Shown one piece after another: positions 18,332-25,801 of a DNA stretch of 64,000 bases. The position numbers were made by a program, and so were the translations under genes. The DNA comes from a virus. The stretch lies in the IMG/VR virus record IMGVR_UViG_3300047388_000429, positions 6,426-70,425 of that record. One strand, 5' to 3'. The notes under the pieces were generated by a model. It was not told the origin of the DNA, searched no databases, and was given only the letters and a program-made list of their open reading frames with translations. Each line of letters begins with the position of its first letter. The stretch's first letter is position 1.

Positions 18332-18366
18332 AAAACAAAAACCCCGCTTCTTTTAGGAGCGGGGCT
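18332..18366 (-). terminator. Attenuator terminator 2 (upstream of the 14-gene tRNA block)
   Basis: AGCCCCGCTCCT-AAA-AGAAGCGGGG followed by TTTTTGTTTT. Confidence 0.85.
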
Positions 18367-18393
18367 TTGTGTTTTTAACAGGGAGAAAAAGAT

Positions 18394-18468
18394 TTACACA
18401 AATAGCCCCTCGCCGCTTCTTCCGAAGCCGCGGTCATAGGACATATTTGATGTGCATATCGTTTTCAT
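18394..18468 (-). CDS. Leader peptide 2, MKTICTSNMSYDRGFGRSGEGLFV
   Basis: Codons 5-19 use only C/T/S/N/M/Y/D/R/G/F, which are all ten amino acids of the downstream block. Confidence 0.85.
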   Translation of the reverse strand: MKTICTSNMSYDRGFGRSGEGLFV

Positions 18469-18474
18469 TCTTTC

Positions 18475-18503
18475 AGTATCTATCAGATTCGCTAAAAAGT
18501 CAA
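18475..18503 (-). promoter_or_regulatory. Sigma70-like promoter giving a leaderless leader-2 transcript
   Basis: TTGACT-17 nt-GATACT-6 nt-ATG. Confidence 0.7.
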
Positions 18504-18504
18504 A

Positions 18505-18578
18505 TGGTACTCGGTGAAGGAATCGAACCATCGTCAACTGCATGTAAGGCAGCCACTCTCCCATTGAGCTAACCGAGC
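18505..18578 (-). tRNA. tRNA-Val(UAC)
   Basis: GCTGC-CT TAC AT-GCAGT; CCA. Confidence 0.9.
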
Positions 18579-18628
18579 ACATCCGGCGCAGCGATTGTTT
18601 GGGCCATGACAGTCGCTGCGCCGAAACT

Positions 18629-18705
18629 TGGTGGACCCTGCGAGAATCGAACTCGCCTCAGTCTGCTTGCAAAGCAGTCTCGCCCCCCTTGGTACATGAG
18701 AGCCC
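18629..18705 (-). tRNA. tRNA-Ala(UGC)
   Basis: CTGC-TT TGC AA-GCAG; G3:U70; atypical D arm. Confidence 0.85.
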
Positions 18706-18712
18706 ACATATT

Positions 18713-18787
18713 TGGTCGGTGCGATGGGAATTGAACCCATTTTATACGCCTTAAAAGGGCGCTGCCTGACCGGCCGGCTCCGCACCG
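18713..18787 (-). tRNA. tRNA-Lys(UUU)
   Basis: GCGCC-CT TTT AA-GGCGT; CCA. Confidence 0.88.
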
Positions 18788-18791
18788 TAAT

Positions 18792-18866
18792 TGGTTGAGG
18801 CGAAGGGAATCGAACCCCACGTCTAACGGTTATCAACCGCTTGCACTGCCATTGTGCTACACCTCA
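18792..18866 (-). tRNA. tRNA-Ile(GAU)
   Basis: AGCGG-TT GAT AA-CCGTT; CCA. Confidence 0.9.
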
Positions 18867-18890
18867 GAAATCTGTTTCCTCCCGCATAAT

Positions 18891-18916
18891 AAAAAACCCG
18901 CCTTTGTGGGGCGGGT
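18891..18916 (-). terminator. Attenuator terminator 1 (upstream of the Ile-Lys-Ala-Val block)
   Basis: ACCCGCC-CCACAAA-GGCGGG followed by TTTTTT. Confidence 0.85.
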
Positions 18917-18944
18917 GCAAAATTCAAGACGAATTTGACCAGCC

Positions 18945-18998
18945 CTATTTGTCGGGTTTAATCGCTTTCGCCACAATCTTTACAGTCTCTCGTCTCAT
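18945..18998 (-). CDS. Leader peptide 1, MRRETVKIVAKAIKPDK
   Basis: GAGGA RBS; codons 6-14 are only V/K/I/A, matching the downstream tRNAs; too short to appear in the ORF track. Confidence 0.85.
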   Translation of the reverse strand: MRRETVKIVAKAIKPDK

Positions 18999-19016
18999 CT
19001 CGTTCTTCCTCTACTT

Positions 19017-19090
19017 TGGCGCGGCCAACGGGAATTGAACCCGTGTTGTCCGATTGAAAGTCGGCTTTCCTGCCGTTAGAAGATGGCCGC
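19017..19090 (-). tRNA. tRNA-Glu(UUC)
   Basis: CCGA-CT TTC AA-TCGG; G73-CCA. Confidence 0.9.
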
Positions 19091-19187
19091 TTAAAGTAGG
19101 CTAAGCCATCTGTATTTTTCAGGGGTTTGCTACGCTGGCCCCCTGCGGCCTCTGTACGTCCCAAACCGTTAAGTGAGGGACCAAAAT

Positions 19188-19262
19188 TGGTTGCGAAGCT
19201 TGGAATTGAACCAAGTACCTGCTGCTTATGAGGCAGCCGAGCTACCGATGCTCTACTCCGCG
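19188..19262 (-). tRNA. Initiator-like tRNA-fMet(CAU)
   Basis: C1xA72, A11:U24, CAT anticodon; anticodon stem GCTGC/GCAGC. Confidence 0.85.
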
Positions 19263-19268
19263 ATTTTC

Positions 19269-19297
19269 ACTTTATAGGAGTTGTAATTTTATTTCAA
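19269..19297 (-). promoter_or_regulatory. Sigma70-like promoter at the head of the tRNA array
   Basis: TTGAAA-17 nt-TAAAGT, 6 nt before tRNA-fMet. Confidence 0.7.
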
Positions 19298-19306
19298 GAG
19301 AAAAGT

Positions 19307-19729
19307 TTAGGCGAGCACGCGCGCGGCCGCGGCCTCGAAAACCGCCTCTTCATACCAGAACGGCAACGCCGAATCGGGACACGTCCCTTGTTCATGAAGG
19401 ACAATCGCTTGTGTCAAGCGAATCAGGTTGTCGGGGACTTCGATATCAAAATAATCCGTTTGATCGACGCCGCAATGACGGCAAACATCAAGGACACAGA
19501 CAGCGGCCTTGTCCGGCGAGGAATAACGAGCAATAAAAGCCGCGATGTGCTCGAGGTCATCTTTTCGCTGAAAAGATAAAAGAGTTTTCATGAGCGCGGC
19601 GATTCCGCTGACGGGGCTATCAAAACGAATTAACCTTGGATCATCTTGCAGCGTGCTTTGGGCTACGCATGCTCTCCCATTGTGCTCGAGCTTGCCAGGA
19701 TTGTTGAGAATGATAGACCACGGTGTCAT
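19307..19729 (-). CDS. Putative lysozyme-like virion/lysis protein
   Basis: NNPG motif, F.SP..GI.A, AI..HEQG. Confidence 0.55.
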   Translation of the reverse strand: MTPWSIILNNPGKLEHNGRACVAQSTLQDDPRLIRFDSPVSGIAALMKTLLSFQRKDDLEHIAAFIARYSSPDKAAVCVLDVCRHCGVDQTDYFDIEVPDNLIRLTQAIVLHEQGTCPDSALPFWYEEAVFEAAAARVLA

Positions 19730-19974
19730 CTATGGCCTCCCTCGAGCCATGCCAGGACCAGCGTCCATGCCGTTGAAAAGACTCCCATGACGCCGGTTCC
19801 TATCCACATGATTTTTTGATGGCGCTCGACCTTTGGTTTTATTTCTTTGATGGCCGCCTGAGCGACGGCGAGATCAGACGTTAACTTTGGAATAGTAGAT
19901 GTATTTTTTTCAATGTTGCTTACGCTGCTCTGCAGCTGGCCTAGGACTCTAAATATTTCATCATTGCTCGACAT
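19726..19974 (-). CDS. Holin-like or other membrane protein
   Basis: Coiled coil plus C-terminal TM segment. Confidence 0.5.
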   Translation of the reverse strand: MSSNDEIFRVLGQLQSSVSNIEKNTSTIPKLTSDLAVAQAAIKEIKPKVERHQKIMWIGTGVMGVFSTAWTLVLAWLEGGHR

Positions 19975-19975
19975 G

Positions 19976-20344
19976 TCACGGCACCGTCAGTTGTTTCCTA
20001 AAAACTATTTGACCAGGTGAAAGAAGCATATCTGCATTTGAAACCGTATAAACATTTCCGATCGGTGAAGTTATTGTCGGCTCCCATTTATAGGTTCCGG
20101 TGACCAGATCAACGGTTTGCGTTCTCAGGATTTTAAATTGAAATGCTCCCCTGTTCGTCGTCTGATTGGGGATGGTAACGGTATGATCACCAGTCGTGTA
20201 TGTCGCAATAATTGAACCGTCTAAATTAAAAAGCTCGACCTTGATCGTGTAACCCGTCAAATCGATTAAAGAATTATCGCTTCTGTTCCTGACCAAGGAC
20301 TGAATGGGGATGTCATTATTGGTGATCGCTGAAAAGTTCAACAT
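19976..20344 (-). CDS. Ig-like virion accessory protein
   Basis: IDLTGYT...GTYKWE pattern; tail region. Confidence 0.5.
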   Translation of the reverse strand: MLNFSAITNNDIPIQSLVRNRSDNSLIDLTGYTIKVELFNLDGSIIATYTTGDHTVTIPNQTTNRGAFQFKILRTQTVDLVTGTYKWEPTITSPIGNVYTVSNADMLLSPGQIVFRKQLTVP

Positions 20345-20356
20345 TTTTTTATGATA

Positions 20357-21352
20357 TTAGTCATCTATTATTCCGTCAAGTTTTACTTGGTCGGCGACGC
20401 TTCCGGATACATCGACCTGTTCTTCGATGATCCCGTCTCCATCAAACTCTGGCAGAGCGGAACCAAAATTATTAATGAGGTCTGAGACCATGCCCTCAGA
20501 CAAGATATTATTCTGAATATAACCGTTAACGATTAAATAAACGACGATGGCCTGCGCGCCGACTGCAGTCATCATATCCGACTGCTCGACCATCGATCCA
20601 GCGGCACTGAATTTAAGGACGGCAGATGCGTTCATCAAATCGGGGTTTTCAATCATCGTCCCTTGGACAAAGATCGGGCCGATACCAACTCCCTGCATTA
20701 AATCGTGCTGCTCGACGACGGCCATGGACGCAGAGAATGTCAGGATACCGGCACCGGAAGATACGTCATGACCTTCCGATATCGACGCCGATCCGATAAA
20801 TTTCTGGACAACGGATCCACCCATGATATCAGGTCTTTCCGTGGCCGCCATGGACCCCGAGAACTTCAAAACGGAATGGCCGGCCGCGATATCATGACGC
20901 TCAATGGACGCCATTGATGCCCTGATATCGAGCTCCGCGACACCGCCCATGGTGTCATGTCTTTCATGAGCCGCCGCCGATCCTTTGAAGGTCAGGACCC
21001 CTGCAATGCTCGATGAATCATGGCGTTCTGTTGCGGCCCCAGAGGCTTTAAAACTCAACACGCCAGCGGCATTAGATGAGTCATGCCGCTCCGTAGAATT
21101 CATGGCCGCGGAAAATTTCAAGACGCCTGTTATGTTTGAAGAATCGTGCCTTTCCGTCGGAGAACCGCTTGCGCGGAAAGAAAGGACACCAGACGCAGAC
21201 ATGGAATCATGGCGTTCGACTGCGGCCGCAGCCGCCGAGAATGTAAGGACCCCCGCTATCGATGATGTATCGTGACGCTCTGTGGCGGCAATTGCCCCAC
21301 TATTTGATGCCGCAGTTCGGGGAACACCAAAAAGACCTAGCCGTGTGGCCAT
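20357..21352 (-). CDS. Repeat-rich virion protein (~21-aa ERHD repeats)
   Basis: About a dozen E(R)HDxxxxGVLxF units. Confidence 0.7.
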   Translation of the reverse strand: MATRLGLFGVPRTAASNSGAIAATERHDTSSIAGVLTFSAAAAAVERHDSMSASGVLSFRASGSPTERHDSSNITGVLKFSAAMNSTERHDSSNAAGVLSFKASGAATERHDSSSIAGVLTFKGSAAAHERHDTMGGVAELDIRASMASIERHDIAAGHSVLKFSGSMAATERPDIMGGSVVQKFIGSASISEGHDVSSGAGILTFSASMAVVEQHDLMQGVGIGPIFVQGTMIENPDLMNASAVLKFSAAGSMVEQSDMMTAVGAQAIVVYLIVNGYIQNNILSEGMVSDLINNFGSALPEFDGDGIIEEQVDVSGSVADQVKLDGIIDD

Positions 21353-21361
21353 TTTTCCCCC

Positions 21362-23293
21362 TTAAAATATATCGAAGGTATCACCGTTTGAAGGTGCGGC
21401 ACCTGTTGAGGTCGGCAAGTAAGTGATGACCTTTGTCGTCCCGTTATAAGCGGTAATCGTCGCCTGCGCGCCCGCCAGAACTCCGGAGCTCCATATAATG
21501 GTTCTTCCATTCCAGAGGTTATCTATTGAGCTCGAGGCGTTCCCACTGCACGACATCTGAGTACTTGACAGAGTTCCAGTTATCGCTGTCCCAGACGTAA
21601 TTGAAAGTGCTCCAGCAGAAAGAAGGGTGGCCGCTGTCGCGGATCCAGCTATTTGATCAGAATTTGCGGTCACTCTCGCCGTCACGGAGCCGACGGAGCC
21701 GACGACGTTGCCACCGACGTTTCCGGTGACGGAACCGACCGCTCCCGTGACACTCGCCGGAGTCGCGGCGTTGAGAGAAGTCTTCATAGTAGTTGTAAAG
21801 TCACCGTTCGACGGCGCGTTCGTCAAGTTTGTTGCCGTGGTCGCGGTCGTAACCGTTGAGAGCGTGCCGACAATCGTGCTCGCCGTGATCGCGCCGCCCG
21901 TTCCAGCAAGTATGCACTCAAGTCCGGAGCCGTTGGAAGTACCTGTCAGTTTTAGGCCATCAGCGGTTGAGGAAACGGTATTCGTGCCGCCGCCCGTGAT
22001 GGTCGCCCCTGAAGCTGCTCCGTTTGTTGAGGCTGCGCCAGAACCGCCAGTAATTAATAATCCGTTTGCCGCTGTACCACCGGCGCTTGTATTTGCATTT
22101 CCACCTTTAGCCCAAATACCAGTTCCAGCAGGAGTGGAAGAATTTGCTAAACCTCCTAAAGCATGAATACCATCACCGGACTGCCCACCAGCACAATATA
22201 ATCCATGTTGAGAAACACCCGCACCAGCTATTGCAAGACCATAACCTAAAGTTCCCGCTTGTATTTGCATTCCATATCCGGAGGTTGCCCCACCATTAAA
22301 GTCTGCGCCATCTCCTGTCGCGCCACCAGTAACCGTCATACCAGCGCTTGAGCCATGTCCCGTAACAGATAATCCATTCCCGTTGGTAGCATTTGAAACT
22401 GCGTTTAGTCCATTACCTGTCGCGCCAGCCCCAGACTCACAGTCCAGACCATGTCCCGTACTTGTACCAGAAACCTTCAATCCTGTTGCAGTTGAGGCAA
22501 CGGTATTTGTGCCTCCACCCGTTATTGTTGCTCCAGAAGCTGCACCATTCGTTGACGCCGCTCCCGCGCCTCCAACGATCTTAAGACCCTCAGAAGCTAC
22601 ACCGCCACCAGTTGTTGATGCTGCGCCACCCGTAATCGTTAGGGCAGCAACAGCAGGAGTCGCTCCAGAAGCGGCAGTTCCGACAAACGATGTCGCCGCA
22701 TTTGTGCCAGCGATGAGGATACCGCCCGCCGCACCAGGTGTAGCCGCAGCGACGTTATTAATATTTTTGATATTTACATCTTGAATTCCAGCCGTTGCTG
22801 GCGTGCTATAAATCGTTCCAAGTAAATATTTATCATCCACAATTGGAACGCCGGCAACGTTTGGAGTCGCTACATTGCTGCTATTCCATTGAATGACGTT
22901 CGCTGTGACGTTCGTCAGGCCGCCAGTTGCGCTCTGCGTGCTCGTGACCGTGAGATCGATTTCGAGTGGACAGTCGACCATGTTTGTAGCGCCACGCAGC
23001 ATGATATCCACGAAAGTGCCGGAGGCCAGTGCCGCGTTCGGGAGATCCAGACGATACCAACCAGGCATGTTCACGCTATCGATCTCGACGAATCCGCCGC
23101 TCGACCACGCGCCGGTCACAGTCTGCGTCGCGAGAGTGATGGCCACCGATGCTGCACGGGGGAGAACATAGTAAGCGGTCAGGCCAGAAGTATTATAAGC
23201 AAGGCCCGTCAATCCGACGCCAGTTATGGTGCTTCTTATATAGACGTTTTGAGTTATAGAGGTTGTGCCCGCCTGAATAGAAGATTTAGCCAT
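21362..23293 (-). CDS. Gly-rich tail fibre/adhesin
   Basis: 643 aa; N-terminus paralogous to 25064..25798. Confidence 0.7.
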   Translation of the reverse strand: MAKSSIQAGTTSITQNVYIRSTITGVGLTGLAYNTSGLTAYYVLPRAASVAITLATQTVTGAWSSGGFVEIDSVNMPGWYRLDLPNAALASGTFVDIMLRGATNMVDCPLEIDLTVTSTQSATGGLTNVTANVIQWNSSNVATPNVAGVPIVDDKYLLGTIYSTPATAGIQDVNIKNINNVAAATPGAAGGILIAGTNAATSFVGTAASGATPAVAALTITGGAASTTGGGVASEGLKIVGGAGAASTNGAASGATITGGGTNTVASTATGLKVSGTSTGHGLDCESGAGATGNGLNAVSNATNGNGLSVTGHGSSAGMTVTGGATGDGADFNGGATSGYGMQIQAGTLGYGLAIAGAGVSQHGLYCAGGQSGDGIHALGGLANSSTPAGTGIWAKGGNANTSAGGTAANGLLITGGSGAASTNGAASGATITGGGTNTVSSTADGLKLTGTSNGSGLECILAGTGGAITASTIVGTLSTVTTATTATNLTNAPSNGDFTTTMKTSLNAATPASVTGAVGSVTGNVGGNVVGSVGSVTARVTANSDQIAGSATAATLLSAGALSITSGTAITGTLSSTQMSCSGNASSSIDNLWNGRTIIWSSGVLAGAQATITAYNGTTKVITYLPTSTGAAPSNGDTFDIF

Positions 23294-23541
23294 TTATTTC
23301 ACCCCACCACAAGCGTAAGTATTATTCCCTCTCGGATAGCAAGTGACCTCTTTTTGTCCGTCAGTAACAACGATTGAACCATCAGGATTTTCTTTTATAG
23401 TTCCCCATACAGTGGCGGTTATATGCCCCGTAACGGATTGCGCCCATGCCGCGCTCGTGCAAAAGCAACAAACCGTAGCAAGATATCTAAAGCCCTGTTT
23501 CGAGATCAATCTCATCACTGATCGCCCCCCAAAGAAATCTG

Positions 23542-23943
23542 TTAAGGATTTCCCTCGGTGATCGTCAGAGAAGTAACGGACACCTGCGCGCCGGCCGCGA
23601 TAGCCGTGCTGTTAAAATTCAGATCAGCACCGGAGGTCCCGCATGATCCTTGGATTTGAGCGTTTCCGAGGCTGTCGGTGATCCTGAAGAAAGTTGCCGT
23701 TCCGGTACCATCAGCGGATGATTCTGTGGCGATCGCATTGGCCGTTAAAAGACCCGCTGATGATGCCGGTGCAAAGGGCGTTCCGCAAGTCAGCTGCGCC
23801 AGAAGAGTGGCCCCACCAAGAGATGCGCCGACATTCGCCGGAACGGAACCGCCGTAAATCTTCAGGATTCCAGCGTTTCCAATCGCGGCAGAAAGTACAT
23901 CAAGGCGCGCATCTCTTTCGGTCGTCGTGTAACTAAGCGTCAT
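23542..23943 (-). CDS. Tail-fibre-associated structural protein
   Basis: GTATFFRI...QGSCG pattern. Confidence 0.6.
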   Translation of the reverse strand: MTLSYTTTERDARLDVLSAAIGNAGILKIYGGSVPANVGASLGGATLLAQLTCGTPFAPASSAGLLTANAIATESSADGTGTATFFRITDSLGNAQIQGSCGTSGADLNFNSTAIAAGAQVSVTSLTITEGNP

Positions 23944-24224
23944 ATTTTATCTCCCCTATTATGATTTCACATGGTTGTAGTTTCTCAGGCAGCGTCTTGA
24001 AATTAAAACTCAAGACGTTGTATCTGTTTTTTAATTGATTTGCGATTCGATCACAGAGATCGTTGACCGATGAAATCTGGTGATGTCTTTCATGACCGTC
24101 CGGATATTTGACGATCGAGAATTCTGGATTTACGCTGACAACTGATATTTTCAGCTCTTCACCAGATAACATTATTTTTTTGGAGAGCCCGTGGGAAGAA
24201 ACAATCGCTTGTCCTATTGGCATT

Positions 24225-25067
24225 TTATACCTCTATATATGTTGATGATACACCGGCCGGTCTCGGCAGGATATCGATATTATTAAATATGTATATCATG
24301 TCAGCTGTCAATGTGAAATTGAACACGTAGGTTTGAGTCATGTCGTGATTGTCGATGAGCCATGCCGGACCGTAGTCTCTAAAAACATAGGCGAGCATTC
24401 TATTCGTTTCAGGAACCGTCCCGCTGCTGACAAGTTGAAATGCTCTGAGCTGGAGGAGGATGCGCGCCGCCGAAAGCGGCAAGGCATACGAACCACCGGC
24501 ACCGCCAGCAAAATTACCCTGAGTGAAGTCCACATTATTGGTCCCGAACCCCCATGGGATCTGACCAGGATTTGCAGCATTGTTGAAAACAATGGGCTGT
24601 CCGAGAATAATTGACCACACCGATAGACCGAAAATATTTGCGGTCTGAAGGTTGAAAACATCTCGATACCAATTTTCCCAGAATTGAGTCTGGTTGGCGT
24701 CGTACCAAGCCTGTTTATTTTTGACTATCGCCTGAAGATTAACGGCTTCGTTGTACTGCCAGAGCAGAGCCTGCTGGACGTCCACCGTATAATCGAATTC
24801 TTGAATTATCAGATGGGTATCAAGGGGAAAGACTGCCACAGCACCGGCCTGCATGGAATCCCCGCGTTCTTCCACAGCACTATCGCCGATAAATTCCAAG
24901 AGAACCGATGATCCCATTCCATCGGCTCCCTCGATCATCGCCGCGGATCCATCATGCCCGCTGATGACGTAAGCGCCCATAGAATCGGAACCCTCAGTCA
25001 TTGCGCCATTTATAATGGTGCCTGAAGGAGCCGTGAATGGGACGCCGAGTATAGTTAACCTTGTCAT
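24225..25067 (-). CDS. DUF2612-like baseplate protein with N-terminal repeat extension
   Basis: LLWQYN...FNLQTAN.FGL.VW..ILG...LPRPAGV. Confidence 0.75.
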   Translation of the reverse strand: MTRLTILGVPFTAPSGTIINGAMTEGSDSMGAYVISGHDGSAAMIEGADGMGSSVLLEFIGDSAVEERGDSMQAGAVAVFPLDTHLIIQEFDYTVDVQQALLWQYNEAVNLQAIVKNKQAWYDANQTQFWENWYRDVFNLQTANIFGLSVWSIILGQPIVFNNAANPGQIPWGFGTNNVDFTQGNFAGGAGGSYALPLSAARILLQLRAFQLVSSGTVPETNRMLAYVFRDYGPAWLIDNHDMTQTYVFNFTLTADMIYIFNNIDILPRPAGVSSTYIEV

Positions 25068-25798
25068 ACTATAACGAATGTATCCGTGTTACTGGGGGCC
25101 GTCGTAAAGGGTTGAATTGTCGTGATCTGTCCGGTGTTACTGTAGGCGGCAATAGTTTGCGCCTGCTGTATAAGAGCTCCGGACGTGAAGAGAATGAACC
25201 GACCAACATAAGCGCCGGTGACCGTGCTGGCGAGATTGGTCGTGAACACAGATGATGTGAGCGTTCCGGTGACGGCCGCACCAGACTGCATGGTCTGCGC
25301 AGACGTGCTTAAGTTAGTGGCCGCAGTTGTCGAACCCGCAATTTCATCGACGTTCGCGGTCACCCGCGCCGTGACGGAGCCGACGGAGCCGACGACGTTT
25401 CCACCGACGTTGCCGGTGACGCTCGATACGGCACCAGTAGTGGCGTTCCATCCTGTGAGTTCAATTTCGTCTATATAATTGATCATGTTGTTGGCCCCGA
25501 GAAGGGAAATGTCCACGAAAGTGCCGGAGGCCAGCGCAGCATTCGGGAGATCCAGACGATATAAACCAGGCGATTTCACGCTATCGATTTCAACGAATCC
25601 GCCGCTCGACCACGCGCCGGTCACAGTCTGGGTGGCGAGCGTGATCGCGACGGGAGCCGACAAAGGCAGCGTATAGAATGCCGAGAGTCCAGCAGAGTTA
25701 TAGACGAGTCCTGTTAACCCTTCGCCGGTGATTGTGCTGCGGATGTAGACGTTGATCGTTTTACTCGTTGATCCGACTTGAATAGAAAGTTTTGCCAT
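25064..25798 (-). CDS. Short paralog of the 21362..23293 fibre
   Basis: Shared N- and C-terminal domains. Confidence 0.7.
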   Translation of the reverse strand: MAKLSIQVGSTSKTINVYIRSTITGEGLTGLVYNSAGLSAFYTLPLSAPVAITLATQTVTGAWSSGGFVEIDSVKSPGLYRLDLPNAALASGTFVDISLLGANNMINYIDEIELTGWNATTGAVSSVTGNVGGNVVGSVGSVTARVTANVDEIAGSTTAATNLSTSAQTMQSGAAVTGTLTSSVFTTNLASTVTGAYVGRFILFTSGALIQQAQTIAAYSNTGQITTIQPFTTAPSNTDTFVIV

Positions 25799-25801
25799 TT
25801 T

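Noticed and set aside
16490-19010. T-box riboswitches as the explanation for the internal terminators
   Set aside because: The leaders are too short for Stem I and I found no T-box consensus; translated sORFs fit better.
16571-19164. ORF-track proteins 16571..16768, 18394..18582 and 18958..19164 as full-length genes
   Set aside because: Their 5' parts run through tRNA genes. Only the 3' ATG-initiated parts of the first two are credible leaders, and leader 1 is in a different frame (18945..18998).
15560-19262. Suppressor tRNAs or a recoded genetic code
   Set aside because: No CUA, UUA or UCA anticodon was found, and long genes are intact under the standard code.
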